Shown: positions 27,576 to 37,529, numbered from the stretch's first letter. The stretch: DNA of 48,841 bases from Chthonomonadaceae bacterium (GCA_035650735.1 DASRGZ010000133.1:1-48841), one strand, 5' to 3'. Notes: generated from the sequence alone by a model not told the origin. Translations and numbers: made by a program.

Positions 27576-29284
27576 CCGCCCTGCGCCCAATCCAGCCCGA
27601 CATAGCGACGATAGTTGTAGCAGCGGGCGATGTGGAGGAAGCGTATCGGCTCGTTGTAGAGCGGACGCCGCCAGATGGGAAGCGGCAGCTCCCACTCCAC
27701 CCTCTCGAAAACCTCCCGCAGATCGCGGTCGTCCACCTCGCCATCGTTGATGAAGATGGCATCCTGCCCCAGCCGCTGTTTCAGGCGATCCACGTAGGCG
27801 GCGTACATGGTCAGCCGGAAATGCAGAAACATATCGTAGGTTTCCGGATGGTCGGGCAGGTAGAAGGCCATCAGTGCCGGATACTGGTAGCCGTTGCCCG
27901 CGATAAATACCTTCCGGCGTCCTCCCCGCTCCATCTCCTGACGCAACTGCTGCACGCGCGCCGCCAACTGCCGCCATCCGTAGGTCGTATTGGAGAGGTC
28001 GGCGCCTGGAGGCAAACGCAGGCCAAGCCACAGCCGCAGGTGCGGAAAGAGGATCACGGCGGTCAGGAGGCCGCTCGTGGCAGCGGTCAAGGCAAAGAGA
28101 CGCGCCGCCTTCTGCCTCGCCTGCCTGCCGCGCCCTGCCAGCAGTGTCAGCCATATCGCCCAGAGGATGGTTGGCGTCAGCCAGGCATTGGGCGCCCAGT
28201 TGGCCTGTACCTTCGACTTGAAGCTCATCAGGCAGAAGAAGCCCAGCACCGGCAGCCCCATGCAGGCCAGAAATAAGAGCGGGGACGTGGGAACCGGGGA
28301 ATGGGGAGGGGCGGCTCTTTTGCCTGATAGGGCCCCTACTCCCGCCCAGAGCGCTCCGAGAAACAGCACGGGGCCGAACAGTAGCGCCTGGGAGCCGAGG
28401 AACTCCCCCAGGCGGCTCAGGGGCGTGCCGGGAGTCTTGCCGACCAGGATCAGCAGATGCCCGAACGTCCACCAGTGATGACGCGCATTCCACCAGAAGA
28501 CGCCGCTGTAGAGCAGCAAGGTAAGAACAAAGGCGAGATAGGGTTCCGGGCGGAGCAGCCAGCGGCGGTGCGGGGGCGACAGGAGCAGAAACAGCAGCAG
28601 GCAGGGCACGATGAGCAGCATGGTGTGCTTGCTCAACAGGCCCAATCCTGAGGCAAGTCCCGCGCCCAGCCACGCGCTCCGCTGCGTACGTTCCGAGGCA
28701 GCAAACAGGGCGCGCTCCAGTGCCACGAGAGTCAGCGCCCAGAAAAAGACCATCGGCGGATCGTAGGTGGCGATGACGCTGCCGATAGTCAGCATCGGGG
28801 TCAGGCCCAGCAGCACGACGGTCAGAAAGCCGGCCAGCGGCGAGGCGATCCGCCGCGCCAGCGCGTAGCAGCAGAGCAGCGTGCCCAGAGAGGCCAGGAG
28901 CACGCCAAACCGCACGCCCAACGTATTGGTGCCGAACAGGGCCGTCGTCGCCCGGATGAGATAGGCGATCATCGGGCCCTGATCGTAGTAGCCGAGGGAT
29001 AGGTGGCGCGACCAGTCCCAGTAATACGCTTCATCGGGCGCAAGCTCCAGCGTGGGAAGCTGGAGCAGCCGCAGGAGCGTCGTCACGGCCAGGAAAAGGA
29101 GGGTCGCCCTGTGCCAGCGGGGATCGCAGGCGAACGCCGGGAGCCAGGGCGAGATGCCATCAGAGGATTCTGGCGCCGTGCTGCTGGGTGTCGGAAGGGC
29201 CTGGCGGTTGACAAGCGCGCGGTTCGGCGTTTGGGGAGCGCGCTCCTGCGGCGGCAGAGGGGGTCGTGGCTGCTTATTCCTCAC
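27572..29284 (-). CDS. GT39/ArnT-type (PMT_2) membrane glycosyltransferase
   Basis: PDEAYYWDWSRHLSLGYYDQGPMIAYLI, GLGLLSKHT, multiple TMs. Confidence 0.85.
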   Translation of the reverse strand: MRNKQPRPPLPPQERAPQTPNRALVNRQALPTPSSTAPESSDGISPWLPAFACDPRWHRATLLFLAVTTLLRLLQLPTLELAPDEAYYWDWSRHLSLGYYDQGPMIAYLIRATTALFGTNTLGVRFGVLLASLGTLLCCYALARRIASPLAGFLTVVLLGLTPMLTIGSVIATYDPPMVFFWALTLVALERALFAASERTQRSAWLGAGLASGLGLLSKHTMLLIVPCLLLFLLLSPPHRRWLLRPEPYLAFVLTLLLYSGVFWWNARHHWWTFGHLLILVGKTPGTPLSRLGEFLGSQALLFGPVLFLGALWAGVGALSGKRAAPPHSPVPTSPLLFLACMGLPVLGFFCLMSFKSKVQANWAPNAWLTPTILWAIWLTLLAGRGRQARQKAARLFALTAATSGLLTAVILFPHLRLWLGLRLPPGADLSNTTYGWRQLAARVQQLRQEMERGGRRKVFIAGNGYQYPALMAFYLPDHPETYDMFLHFRLTMYAAYVDRLKQRLGQDAIFINDGEVDDRDLREVFERVEWELPLPIWRRPLYNEPIRFLHIARCYNYRRYVGLDWAQGG

Positions 29285-30099
29285 GGCTGGATCGCAAACA
29301 GGTCCTCAGAGAGCCCCTGATTGACCTTCACGTTGTCTACGGTGGTCGCCGCCGCCGTCTGGCCGTCGGCGTTCTGGACTTCCATACGGCCTGGCATCCA
29401 GACGCCTTCCGCCACCTCGTGCGGCTGCTGGTAGTAGAAGGTGGCACGCAGTTGGTTGCGCCGGTCGTACCACTCCCGCTTGCAGGTGATGCGCGTTTTG
29501 GGGTCCACCCACACCCGATAGTGAGCGCCAGCCTCGATGCCCTGATAGGTCATATCGAAGACCAGCACGGGCCGCCCTTCCAGGCTCTCCTCCCGCACGA
29601 AACGCCCCTGCATAAACTGTAGAGTATCCGGGGAAAGCAGTCCGCCATACTCCAACAGCGACAGCCGCCGGGAGGGCGTCTTTTCCAGGTCTTCCACTTT
29701 CTTCTCGACGCGCGGCACGTTGTAATAGCGGGTCGCGCCATTGACAATCATGACGGCTTCTCCGAGCACCGGAATGCGGCCGGAGAGCCGAAGCTTGTCG
29801 GGCTGCTTATACTGGAGGGTCAGATGGGAGATCCGGTAGGTGACGCCGAAATCCTTGCCGATCTTCTCCATCTCCGCGCGGTTAAACCGGGTGACGTGGA
29901 TGCTGGCCTGGAGATCCTGGATTTCGGTGGTCAGCCTGGCGATATCGTGGGGCGCGAGGCTGGCGTAGACAGGCTGCGCCGCCGGGCGCGGCGCCCATCC
30001 CGCCAGTCCTCCCGCCAGAGCCAGCAGCATCCCTGCCAGCATGCCTCTCCGGCCTCGCCGCGCGCGCCGGTTTCCGGGCCTGGACTGTTCCTGTCGCAT
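29281..30099 (-). CDS. LolA-like outer-membrane lipoprotein-sorting protein
   Basis: Signal peptide; YKQPDKLR, RVWVDPKT, VKVNQGLSEDLF. Confidence 0.7.
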   Translation of the reverse strand: MRQEQSRPGNRRARRGRRGMLAGMLLALAGGLAGWAPRPAAQPVYASLAPHDIARLTTEIQDLQASIHVTRFNRAEMEKIGKDFGVTYRISHLTLQYKQPDKLRLSGRIPVLGEAVMIVNGATRYYNVPRVEKKVEDLEKTPSRRLSLLEYGGLLSPDTLQFMQGRFVREESLEGRPVLVFDMTYQGIEAGAHYRVWVDPKTRITCKREWYDRRNQLRATFYYQQPHEVAEGVWMPGRMEVQNADGQTAAATTVDNVKVNQGLSEDLFAIQP

Positions 30100-30241
30100 C
30101 TGGCGCTTACTCCTTGACGTGGGATGAAGTAGGGTATACTAGCCTCGGAAGCGCTTTCCTCTCAGGATCGCTGAGTCAGGAGCCTATCGCTTCGTGCTTG
30201 GCGCGCTCTTGCCGCACCGTAGGCAGTATAACCGAAAGTCA

Positions 30242-30356
30242 GCACAAAAGTCAAAGCCTGCTTCACGAAAGAGAAGCGGTACGGCTCTTTCGTTTCTAAC
30301 ACGTAACCGAGGCTGTTTGAGAACCAGAAGGCGGCACAAAAGTCAAAGCCTGCTTC
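30242..30356. repeat. 23-bp direct repeat in divergent promoter region
   Basis: GCACAAAAGTCAAAGCCTGCTTC at 30242-30264 and 30334-30356. Confidence 0.75.
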
Positions 30357-30497
30357 TGCCGAAAATCAAAGTAGCCGAAACTCCGTGTTGCGCCGCCAAC
30401 GTATTGGCTATTAGTACGCAACGCACCTATTGACTCTGACTCAGCCTGGCTTGTGTCGCTTTTCCCGCGATGGTAGAGCGCCTGGAGAGAACGCGCT

Positions 30498-33400
30498 TTG
30501 CTTGATAATCCTTCCCCTATTTCCACTTCCTCCGGCGTCGCTAACAGGGCAGCCGGGACGCAGTCCCAGGAAGCGGCTGCGGCCCCGCCTGTTCTGGAGG
30601 AGAGGACACTTGTGGCGGCCGGCCCGGCCGGGCCGGCCTCGCCTCTGACCTCGCCGCCGGTCTATCCTGTCTTCTACGACGAGCGGCGGCGGCGCTGGCC
30701 CTGGTTCTTACGTGCCGCGCTGGCCGCCTCCTTGCTCTTTGCGGTGGGCCTGATCCTGCTGATTATCAGCCTGATCGCCCTGCCGTTGATGCCGCGCACC
30801 CCCTTGCCGAAAGTGGCTGTGCCGCTCGACCTGGGCAATCCCGACCCGCTGCTCAACGACCACGAGCGCCGCCAGCTTGGATTCAAGCAGGGACAGGATA
30901 AGCAGCGGCTCAGCCAGCTCGTTCAAAAATGGAACAAGAGGAAGGCCCAGCGCGACCGCATGGCCGAGGAGTTCGTCAACGCCGCGGCACGGGTGACGCT
31001 CCTGGCAGCGCCCCGGCCGTCTGCTGTTACTGGCCGCAATCCGGGAAAGGGAGCGACGACCATTGCGCCCGCGCCCGTGCTCGCCAACGCGCCCCCGGTC
31101 GTCGCCGGGTTCTACGTCAACTGGGAGGAGACCTCGCACGCCTCGGCCCATCGCAACATCGACTTCCTGACCCACTTCATTCCCGAATGGCTGCACCTCA
31201 AGCCCGCCGGCACCGACTACGCCAATCCCAGCCCGAACAACCGGCCCTTTATTGATGCGCGGGAGCCGACCGATAAGCAGGACATCACCCCACTCGTACA
31301 CTCGCACCGCGTCGCCATCCTGCCGCTACTGAACAATTTTACCCGGCCCAAAGGGCAGGAGGAAGGCACCGGAGATTGGGATACGCGGGCCGTGCATGAG
31401 ATTGTTTCCAATCCGCGCGCCCGCGCCAATATCGTTCTGCGCCTGCGCGACTGGCTGCTGCGGGAGCGAATGCAGGGCATCAACATTGACTTTGAAGAGG
31501 TAGATTCCGACGACCGCGACAACCTGGTCCAGTTCATGAAAGAGCTATACGCCGCGCTGCACCCGCGCGGCCTGCTGGTCACCCAGGATGTGCAGCTAGA
31601 GTCCGAGGCGTTCAACCTGCCGGAGCTGGCCAAGTGGAACGACTGGCTCATCCCGATGTTCTATGATGAGCATACGGGCGGCACGCCGCCCGGCCCCGTC
31701 GCCGGGATTGACTGGACGCGGCGCAACTTGCAGCAGCTGCTCCGGCAGGTTCCGGCAGCCAAAATCGTCATGGGGGTCGGCAACCACGCCTACGATTGGC
31801 GCAAAGGCGATAACCGCGCGGAAGACCTGACCTATCAGAGCGCGATTGTCCGCGCCAAAGAGAGCCAGCCGGACGCCGTGATTCATCTCGACTACGCCAG
31901 CCTGAATCCCACCTTCTCTTATTCCGATACGGTACGCGATGCAGACGGCAAGGAGCGCGAGGAGGAGCACGTCGTCTGGATGCAGGACGCAGTGAGCGTC
32001 TACAACCAGTTGTGCCTGGCCAAGCCGCATGGCATTCGCGGCGCGGCGCTCTGGTTTATGGGTTCGGAAGATCCGAGCCTCTGGAGCTTCTACAGCAAGG
32101 CTCATTGGAACGACGATTGGAAACAGATGATCGAGGGCGGCGCGCTCAACCTGATCACCTACGGTGGACAGGCGGAGGTGGACTTCGAGAACGATGGCGA
32201 GCTATTGCAGCCGTTCGCAGGCCCGAGCGACGGACACCGCACGGTCACGCTCGATCCCAAAACCGGGCTGATCACCGCGCAAGCCTACGTGAAAGACCCA
32301 CAGACCGGCCAGCCGATGCTGCCCTCCTCGTTCGTGGTGCGCCGCTACGGCGGCAAGGAGGGCAACCCGGACAAGAAGATCGTCCTGACCTTTGACGACG
32401 GCCCGGACCCGCTCTATACGCCTCAGATCCTGGACATCCTGAAGCGCTATCATGTTCCGGCGGTCTTTTTCGTCGTCGGGGAGAACGCGGAGGCCAACCC
32501 CGACCTGGTACGCCGCATGTGGGACGAGGGCCACGAGATAGGCAACCACTCCTACACGCATCCCGACCTGTTCCGCGTCTCGCCGGAGCGCCAGCGCATC
32601 GAGCTAACGCTGACGCAGCGGGTTATCCAGTCCATTACCGGCCACTCCACGCTGCTGTTCCGCCCGCCCTATGGAGGAGATACGGAGCCCCAGACCGGCG
32701 CGGAAGTGGTGCCGATGCTGCGCGCCGCCGACTTAAACTATATCACCGTCGGCGAGAAGAACGACCCGCAGGACTGGCGGCTCTATTTCACCAAACCCGG
32801 CACGGAGGCGATAGACCACAAGCGTCCGCGTACTGCCGACGATATCGTCAAGAGCGTGGTCGTCAACCGCGATTTTGGCAGCGTCGTCCTGCTGCATGAC
32901 GGCGGCGGCGACCGTACCTTGACCATTGAGGCCCTGCCTCAGATCATCACGCAGTTGCGTCGGCTCGGCTACACCTTCACCACCATCTCGGACATCAGTG
33001 GCTTTCCGCGCGGGCGGCTCATGCCTCCTCTGACCGGCAAGGACACGCTGCTTGTCGGCGCCGACCACTACGTCTTCGAGGTCACCTACTGGTCCCAGCG
33101 CATACTGACGACGCTGTTCACCCTCTCGGTGATCCTGGGCGTCTCGCGCGTGGCGTTCCTGATGGTCTTGGCGCTGATCCAGCGGCGCAAGGAGAAGCGG
33201 CAGGTGTTGTCGGACGGCTATATGCCCTCCGTCTCGGTGGTGATCGCGGCCTATAACGAGGAGAAGGTGATCGCCAGGACGGTGCAGGCCCTGCTCGACA
33301 GCCGCTACCCGAACCTGGAGATTATCGTCGTGGACGACGGCAGCCGCGATTTCACGGCGCAGGCCGTGGAGGAGGCGTTTGCCGGGGAGCCGCGCGTGCG

Positions 33401-34298
33401 CCTGTTGCGCAAGGAGAACGGCGGCAAGGCGTCCGCGCTGAACCTGGGCATTCTGGAGGCGCAGGGCGAAATTCTAGTCGCGCTCGACGCCGACACGCTG
33501 TTTGCCCCGGACACGATCTATCGGCTGGTGCGCCACTTCGCCGATCCGCGCGTGGGAGCCGTCTCCGGCAACGTCCAGGTGGGCAACGCCCATAATCTGC
33601 TGACCCGGTGGCAGGCCCTGGAGTACACCACCAGCCAGAACTTCGACCGGCGCGCTTATGACCTGCTCAACTGCATCACGGTCGTGCCCGGCGCGGTGGG
33701 GGCGCTGCGGCGCACGGCGGTCATCGGCGTAGGCGGCTACACCCACGATACCCTGGCCGAAGACACCGACCTGACCTGGAAGCTGCGGCGGGCCGGCTGG
33801 CGCATCACCAACGACAGCACGGCCATGGCCTATACGGAGGCGCCGGAGACGCTGCGCAATCTGGCCAAGCAGCGGTTCCGATGGGCTTTCGGCACGCTGC
33901 AATGCCTGTGGAAACATCGCGAAGCCCTAGGCCAGCACGGCGCGTTCGGCTGGATCGCCCTGCCGAGTCTGTGGCTCTACCAGATGCTGTTCCCGGCGGT
34001 CTCGCCCTTCATGGACGTGGCGATGCTCTGGTCGTTTTTTGCGGGCAACTGGGCACAGTTGGGCGCGTTCTACCTGCTGATGTTTGCAATCGAGTTCGTG
34101 GCCGCGCTGATTGCGACCCGTCTGGGGCGGGGCAATCCGCGCCTGCTGCCCTGGCTGTTCTTCCAGCGGTTCGTCTATCGGCAGTTGATGTACTACGTGG
34201 TGCTCAAGTCGCTGGTGGCGGCCATACGCGGCGGGGCAGTCGGCTGGAACAAGTTTGAGCGCACCGGCACCGCCCGCATTGAAAGCAATCCCGTCTGA
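30498..34298 (+). CDS. Trifunctional GH18-like / NodB polysaccharide deacetylase / GT2 synthase
   Basis: GINIDFEE (GH18), LTFDDGPD, GNHSYTH, LLHDGGG (NodB), VVDDGS, DADT, TLAEDTD, QRFRW (GT2). Confidence 0.9.
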   Translation: MLDNPSPISTSSGVANRAAGTQSQEAAAAPPVLEERTLVAAGPAGPASPLTSPPVYPVFYDERRRRWPWFLRAALAASLLFAVGLILLIISLIALPLMPRTPLPKVAVPLDLGNPDPLLNDHERRQLGFKQGQDKQRLSQLVQKWNKRKAQRDRMAEEFVNAAARVTLLAAPRPSAVTGRNPGKGATTIAPAPVLANAPPVVAGFYVNWEETSHASAHRNIDFLTHFIPEWLHLKPAGTDYANPSPNNRPFIDAREPTDKQDITPLVHSHRVAILPLLNNFTRPKGQEEGTGDWDTRAVHEIVSNPRARANIVLRLRDWLLRERMQGINIDFEEVDSDDRDNLVQFMKELYAALHPRGLLVTQDVQLESEAFNLPELAKWNDWLIPMFYDEHTGGTPPGPVAGIDWTRRNLQQLLRQVPAAKIVMGVGNHAYDWRKGDNRAEDLTYQSAIVRAKESQPDAVIHLDYASLNPTFSYSDTVRDADGKEREEEHVVWMQDAVSVYNQLCLAKPHGIRGAALWFMGSEDPSLWSFYSKAHWNDDWKQMIEGGALNLITYGGQAEVDFENDGELLQPFAGPSDGHRTVTLDPKTGLITAQAYVKDPQTGQPMLPSSFVVRRYGGKEGNPDKKIVLTFDDGPDPLYTPQILDILKRYHVPAVFFVVGENAEANPDLVRRMWDEGHEIGNHSYTHPDLFRVSPERQRIELTLTQRVIQSITGHSTLLFRPPYGGDTEPQTGAEVVPMLRAADLNYITVGEKNDPQDWRLYFTKPGTEAIDHKRPRTADDIVKSVVVNRDFGSVVLLHDGGGDRTLTIEALPQIITQLRRLGYTFTTISDISGFPRGRLMPPLTGKDTLLVGADHYVFEVTYWSQRILTTLFTLSVILGVSRVAFLMVLALIQRRKEKRQVLSDGYMPSVSVVIAAYNEEKVIARTVQALLDSRYPNLEIIVVDDGSRDFTAQAVEEAFAGEPRVRLLRKENGGKASALNLGILEAQGEILVALDADTLFAPDTIYRLVRHFADPRVGAVSGNVQVGNAHNLLTRWQALEYTTSQNFDRRAYDLLNCITVVPGAVGALRRTAVIGVGGYTHDTLAEDTDLTWKLRRAGWRITNDSTAMAYTEAPETLRNLAKQRFRWAFGTLQCLWKHREALGQHGAFGWIALPSLWLYQMLFPAVSPFMDVAMLWSFFAGNWAQLGAFYLLMFAIEFVAALIATRLGRGNPRLLPWLFFQRFVYRQLMYYVVLKSLVAAIRGGAVGWNKFERTGTARIESNPV

Positions 34299-34377
34299 GA
34301 TTTGCTGAGGCGGCGGCTCGGTCTGCCCAATGCCTGAGTGCCGTCTTCCGGGAGCCCCTTCAGAAGGAGGCAAGAGC

Positions 34378-34674
34378 ATGACCTTGATTATTGAACTTAC
34401 GCCAGAGGAAGAAACGCGCCTGCAAGAAGCGGCGCGGCAGCACGGCTTAGAGATTCAGGAATATGCCCGGCAACGTCTGGGCCTGGTAGAGCCCAGGCTC
34501 ACAGCGCCGGATGCAGAGAACCAAGCCTTGATCGACCTGATGCGCCAGTGGATGGCCGAAGATGCCACCGACGACCTGGAGGAACTGGAGCGGCGTGATG
34601 CGGAGTTGGCAGAGCTAAAGGCCAACCTGAACGCCAATCGCGCTGCGGTGGGCGCGGAGCCGATCTTTCCATGA
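34378..34674 (+). CDS. Putative antitoxin
   Basis: MTLIIELTPEEETRLQEAARQHG; ATGA overlap with downstream PIN gene; GGAGG RBS. Confidence 0.65.
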   Translation: MTLIIELTPEEETRLQEAARQHGLEIQEYARQRLGLVEPRLTAPDAENQALIDLMRQWMAEDATDDLEELERRDAELAELKANLNANRAAVGAEPIFP

Positions 34675-35130
34675 TTCAAGCCGTCTTCCTGGATGAAGGA
34701 CCGCTCTCCCTCGTAACTCAGCGCCGAGGCAAATCATCAGAGGTAGATGCCTGTCGCTTATGGATGGAGATGCTTCTTGCCAACGGCCTGCGCGTCTACG
34801 TGCCAGAAATCACTGATTACGAAGTGCGGCGTGAATTGATCGGAATCAGGGAAGACCGCTAGTATTGCCCGGCTGGATAGTCTAAAGAAGTCGGCACGCT
34901 ATCTGCCTATTACCACGGATGCTATGCTGCTGGCTGCTGACCTATGGGCGCAAGCGCGCAATCAAGGGATTCCGACTGCTGATGCACGAGCACTGGATGC
35001 TGATGTTATCCTCGTGGCCCAGGCTTTGACGGCAGGATTACCAGCTTCCGAGATCATCGTCGCTACCTCCAATATCCGCCATATCGGGCGCTTTATCGCT
35101 GCCGATCTATGGAGCAACATTCATCCATGA
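34671..35130 (+). pseudogene. PIN-domain toxin with +1 frameshift
   Basis: VFLDEGPL...PEITDYEVRRELI, then in the +1 frame SGKTASIARLDSLK...AADLWAQAR...ALDADVILVAQA...VATSNIRH; shift near 34839-34850. Confidence 0.8.
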
Positions 35131-35184
35131 AGGAAAACTCGTGGAATGGCTCCTATGTTATAATGGAAGGCAATCGAACCGGAG

Positions 35185-35466
35185 ATGAGGAAGAGGATAC
35201 AGACCCAGGTATTTGAGGGCACGTGGGAAGAGATTAAACTTCACGAGCAGGAGCTTATCGGGAAGCGCCTGCGCGTCATTGTCGAGCCAGAGGAGAGGAA
35301 GATGCCTGCGCGGAAGGGAACTCAGGCACAAGGCTCGGAGCGTCAACCTAAGAACCGCGAGCGACCCTCCATCCTGGGCAAGTACGCCTTTGTTCCTGGC
35401 GGCTCAGAGGAGTTTATGCGAGAGAAGCAGGAAGAGATTGCGCGCGAGGATAGACCGCGCTCATGA
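35185..35466 (+). CDS. Orphan antitoxin-like protein
   Basis: QVFEGTWEEI..., GKYAFVPGGSEEFMREKQEEIARE; extended -10 TGTTATAAT upstream; paralog of 27061. Confidence 0.6.
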   Translation: MRKRIQTQVFEGTWEEIKLHEQELIGKRLRVIVEPEERKMPARKGTQAQGSERQPKNRERPSILGKYAFVPGGSEEFMREKQEEIAREDRPRS

Positions 35467-35506
35467 ACCATGCTTTTTCCTCACCTTCATCCTTTAAGGG
35501 GAGCCG

Positions 35507-36676
35507 TCACGCCTGTTGCAGCGCGCGGCGGGCCTGCAAAGCCATCTGGCCGTTGGGAAACAGACGCAGCATCTCCGCATAGATGGCGTGCGCGTAGGGG
35601 TGGTTGGCGTAGACGCGCTCCATCAACTGCCCCAACCGGAAGAGGGCCATTTCCGTATCGGGCGCCGTAGGATAGAGGTCATAGACGCGCCGGTAGATCT
35701 GACAGGCTAGCTCGTTGGAGGCGATCTGCTCCAGGCGGGAGGCCAGCCGCAGATAGAAGACGGGCGGCATGCCTCCGACGGTGACGGGAAGCTGCAAGAG
35801 AATCTGGGCCAGCCGGTTGAGGTCCGCGCGCTCGATGAGCGTCTGGCCGTAGTGGTTCAGCACCGCCAGGCAATGTTCGGTACGCCCGCTGGTGAAGAGG
35901 GCCGCCTTCTCGCAGTAGGCCAGCACGAGATGCATGTCTTCGGTGGGCGTCTGGAGTAGGGTTTCCAACTCGGTCAGGGAGAGCAGTGCGTAGTCTTTCA
36001 TCTCGGCGCGCACCGCCTGGATGTTGGAAACGTCCACGCTGTCCCGGCGCGAGCGCAGCAGGAAGGCGTAGAGGAAGCCGGTGGCGAAGCCGCCCAGGTG
36101 CGCCAGGTGGCCGACCCCATCCTTGCTGCCGAAGAGGAAGACCGACAACAGGTCCATGCCGACATAGAGCAAGACGACATAGCGGGCCTGCCACTCCACC
36201 ACCCCGCCATAAAAAACCGTCAGCCGCCAGAAAACGCAGATGGTAGAGTAGGGGAAGAGATACAGGTAGGCCCCGGCGACGCCCATGATGGCCCCGGAAG
36301 CGCCCAGGCTGGGAACGTTGGGGTGCGCTGCGCCCCAGATAAGATCCTGTAGAATCCCGCCCGTCAATCCGGCCACAAAGTAGATAGCCAGGTAGGGAAT
36401 GGGCCGTACCCGTCCCTCCACGGAGGCGCCAAAGATCCACAGGAAGAGCATATTGCCGGCAAGGTGGAGGAGGTGGGCGTGCAGGAACATAGCCGTGATC
36501 AGCCGCCACAGGGTCAGGTTTTCGTGCGAGACGGCATAATTAGCCACGACCGGGCGCTGAATGATGAGGAAGTACTGGCTGGTCAGCGCGAAGATGAGCG
36601 TGTTGAGGGCGATCAGGCCAATGGTGACAAAGGGGAAGTGATCCGGAGGGTTTTTGGCGCGGTAGGGTAAGAGCAT
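35507..36676 (-). CDS. Rhomboid-family intramembrane serine protease with C-terminal TPR-like domain
   Basis: TAMFLHA..LHLAGNMLFLWIFG, GASGA, AHLGG; AGGAGG RBS. Confidence 0.9.
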   Translation of the reverse strand: MLLPYRAKNPPDHFPFVTIGLIALNTLIFALTSQYFLIIQRPVVANYAVSHENLTLWRLITAMFLHAHLLHLAGNMLFLWIFGASVEGRVRPIPYLAIYFVAGLTGGILQDLIWGAAHPNVPSLGASGAIMGVAGAYLYLFPYSTICVFWRLTVFYGGVVEWQARYVVLLYVGMDLLSVFLFGSKDGVGHLAHLGGFATGFLYAFLLRSRRDSVDVSNIQAVRAEMKDYALLSLTELETLLQTPTEDMHLVLAYCEKAALFTSGRTEHCLAVLNHYGQTLIERADLNRLAQILLQLPVTVGGMPPVFYLRLASRLEQIASNELACQIYRRVYDLYPTAPDTEMALFRLGQLMERVYANHPYAHAIYAEMLRLFPNGQMALQARRALQQA

Positions 36677-36818
36677 GGCAGCCTCCTGATAGGTCGGGCC
36701 TCCGCCTTTTGCCAGAGAGCACACGATAGGCGCAAGGGACACTGCCGAAGGTCACTCTGCGGTGGATGCTCCGTGACGATGGATCTCCGCGGAAAGCAAG
36801 AGCGCAAGCGTTGATACT

Positions 36819-36847
36819 ATTCTACAGGCAACCCCGGTAGGCGTCAA
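36819..36847 (-). promoter_or_regulatory. Sigma70 promoter of rhomboid gene
   Basis: Minus strand TTGACG-17-TAGAAT. Confidence 0.6.
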
Positions 36848-37017
36848 GACAACCGCTCAAAAAGGCGCGGGCATGCGGAAGAAGCAGCCCGGCCCTAATG
36901 CTGTTTGAAAAACTGGCGCGGTATTGAATCCAGCGTCTATCATTACCGAAAGAGAAATTCAAAGAGCATTGAGACCGAGCTACGCATAGAAAACCCGGTT
37001 CTTCAGGGCCGGGCTAT

Positions 37018-37257
37018 TTACCCGGAGACCTCCAGCAAGCCCAGGCTGGAAGCGCGCTTGATAGCCTGCATCCGATTCGAGACCTGGAGCTTCTCGTAGA
37101 TGTTATCCAGGTGGAAGTCCACCGTGCGCTTGCTGACAAAGAGCATCTCCGCCACCTTTTTGCTGGGATGGCCCTCCAGGATGAGGGAAAGGATTTCCAG
37201 CTCCCGCTTGGTCAGCCGCACCGTTTCATTAGATGGAAAGCCCTTCTGTTCCGGCAT
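37018..37257 (-). CDS. Stand-alone LuxR-type HTH regulator
   Basis: LTKRELEILSLILEG...VAEMLFVSKRTVDFHLDNIYEKLQVSNR; GGGGG RBS before ATG 37257. Confidence 0.88.
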   Translation of the reverse strand: MPEQKGFPSNETVRLTKRELEILSLILEGHPSKKVAEMLFVSKRTVDFHLDNIYEKLQVSNRMQAIKRASSLGLLEVSG

Positions 37258-37291
37258 AGTTCGATCCCCCTGCATAGATGTTTTCCTATTC

Positions 37292-37394
37292 ACTCCAGTG
37301 GCTCCCTTGCCATCTCGTAACGGCCAGAAGCGTCGCAAAAGCCGGCTTCCAGAGCCGTCCGCTCTCAAACGCGCGCACAGGCAGCCACTGGAGT
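37292..37394 (+). mobile_element. Diverged third copy of the 103-bp element
   Basis: Gap-free hand alignment to 13202-13304 gives about 73/103 identities; terminal stem ACTCCAGTGGCT / AGCCACTGGAGT. Confidence 0.75.
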
Positions 37395-37529
37395 TGTTAT
37401 CCATAGGCCTGTGCCCATCGGACGGAACGGCGCCGTGAAGCACTCGATTGCGCGGCGCCTGTCAGGTATTTCTTCCATAACAGGCGCCTTTTTATGCAGG
37501 GAAAATTGCGGGTCTGGGGTAGGGGCGGC

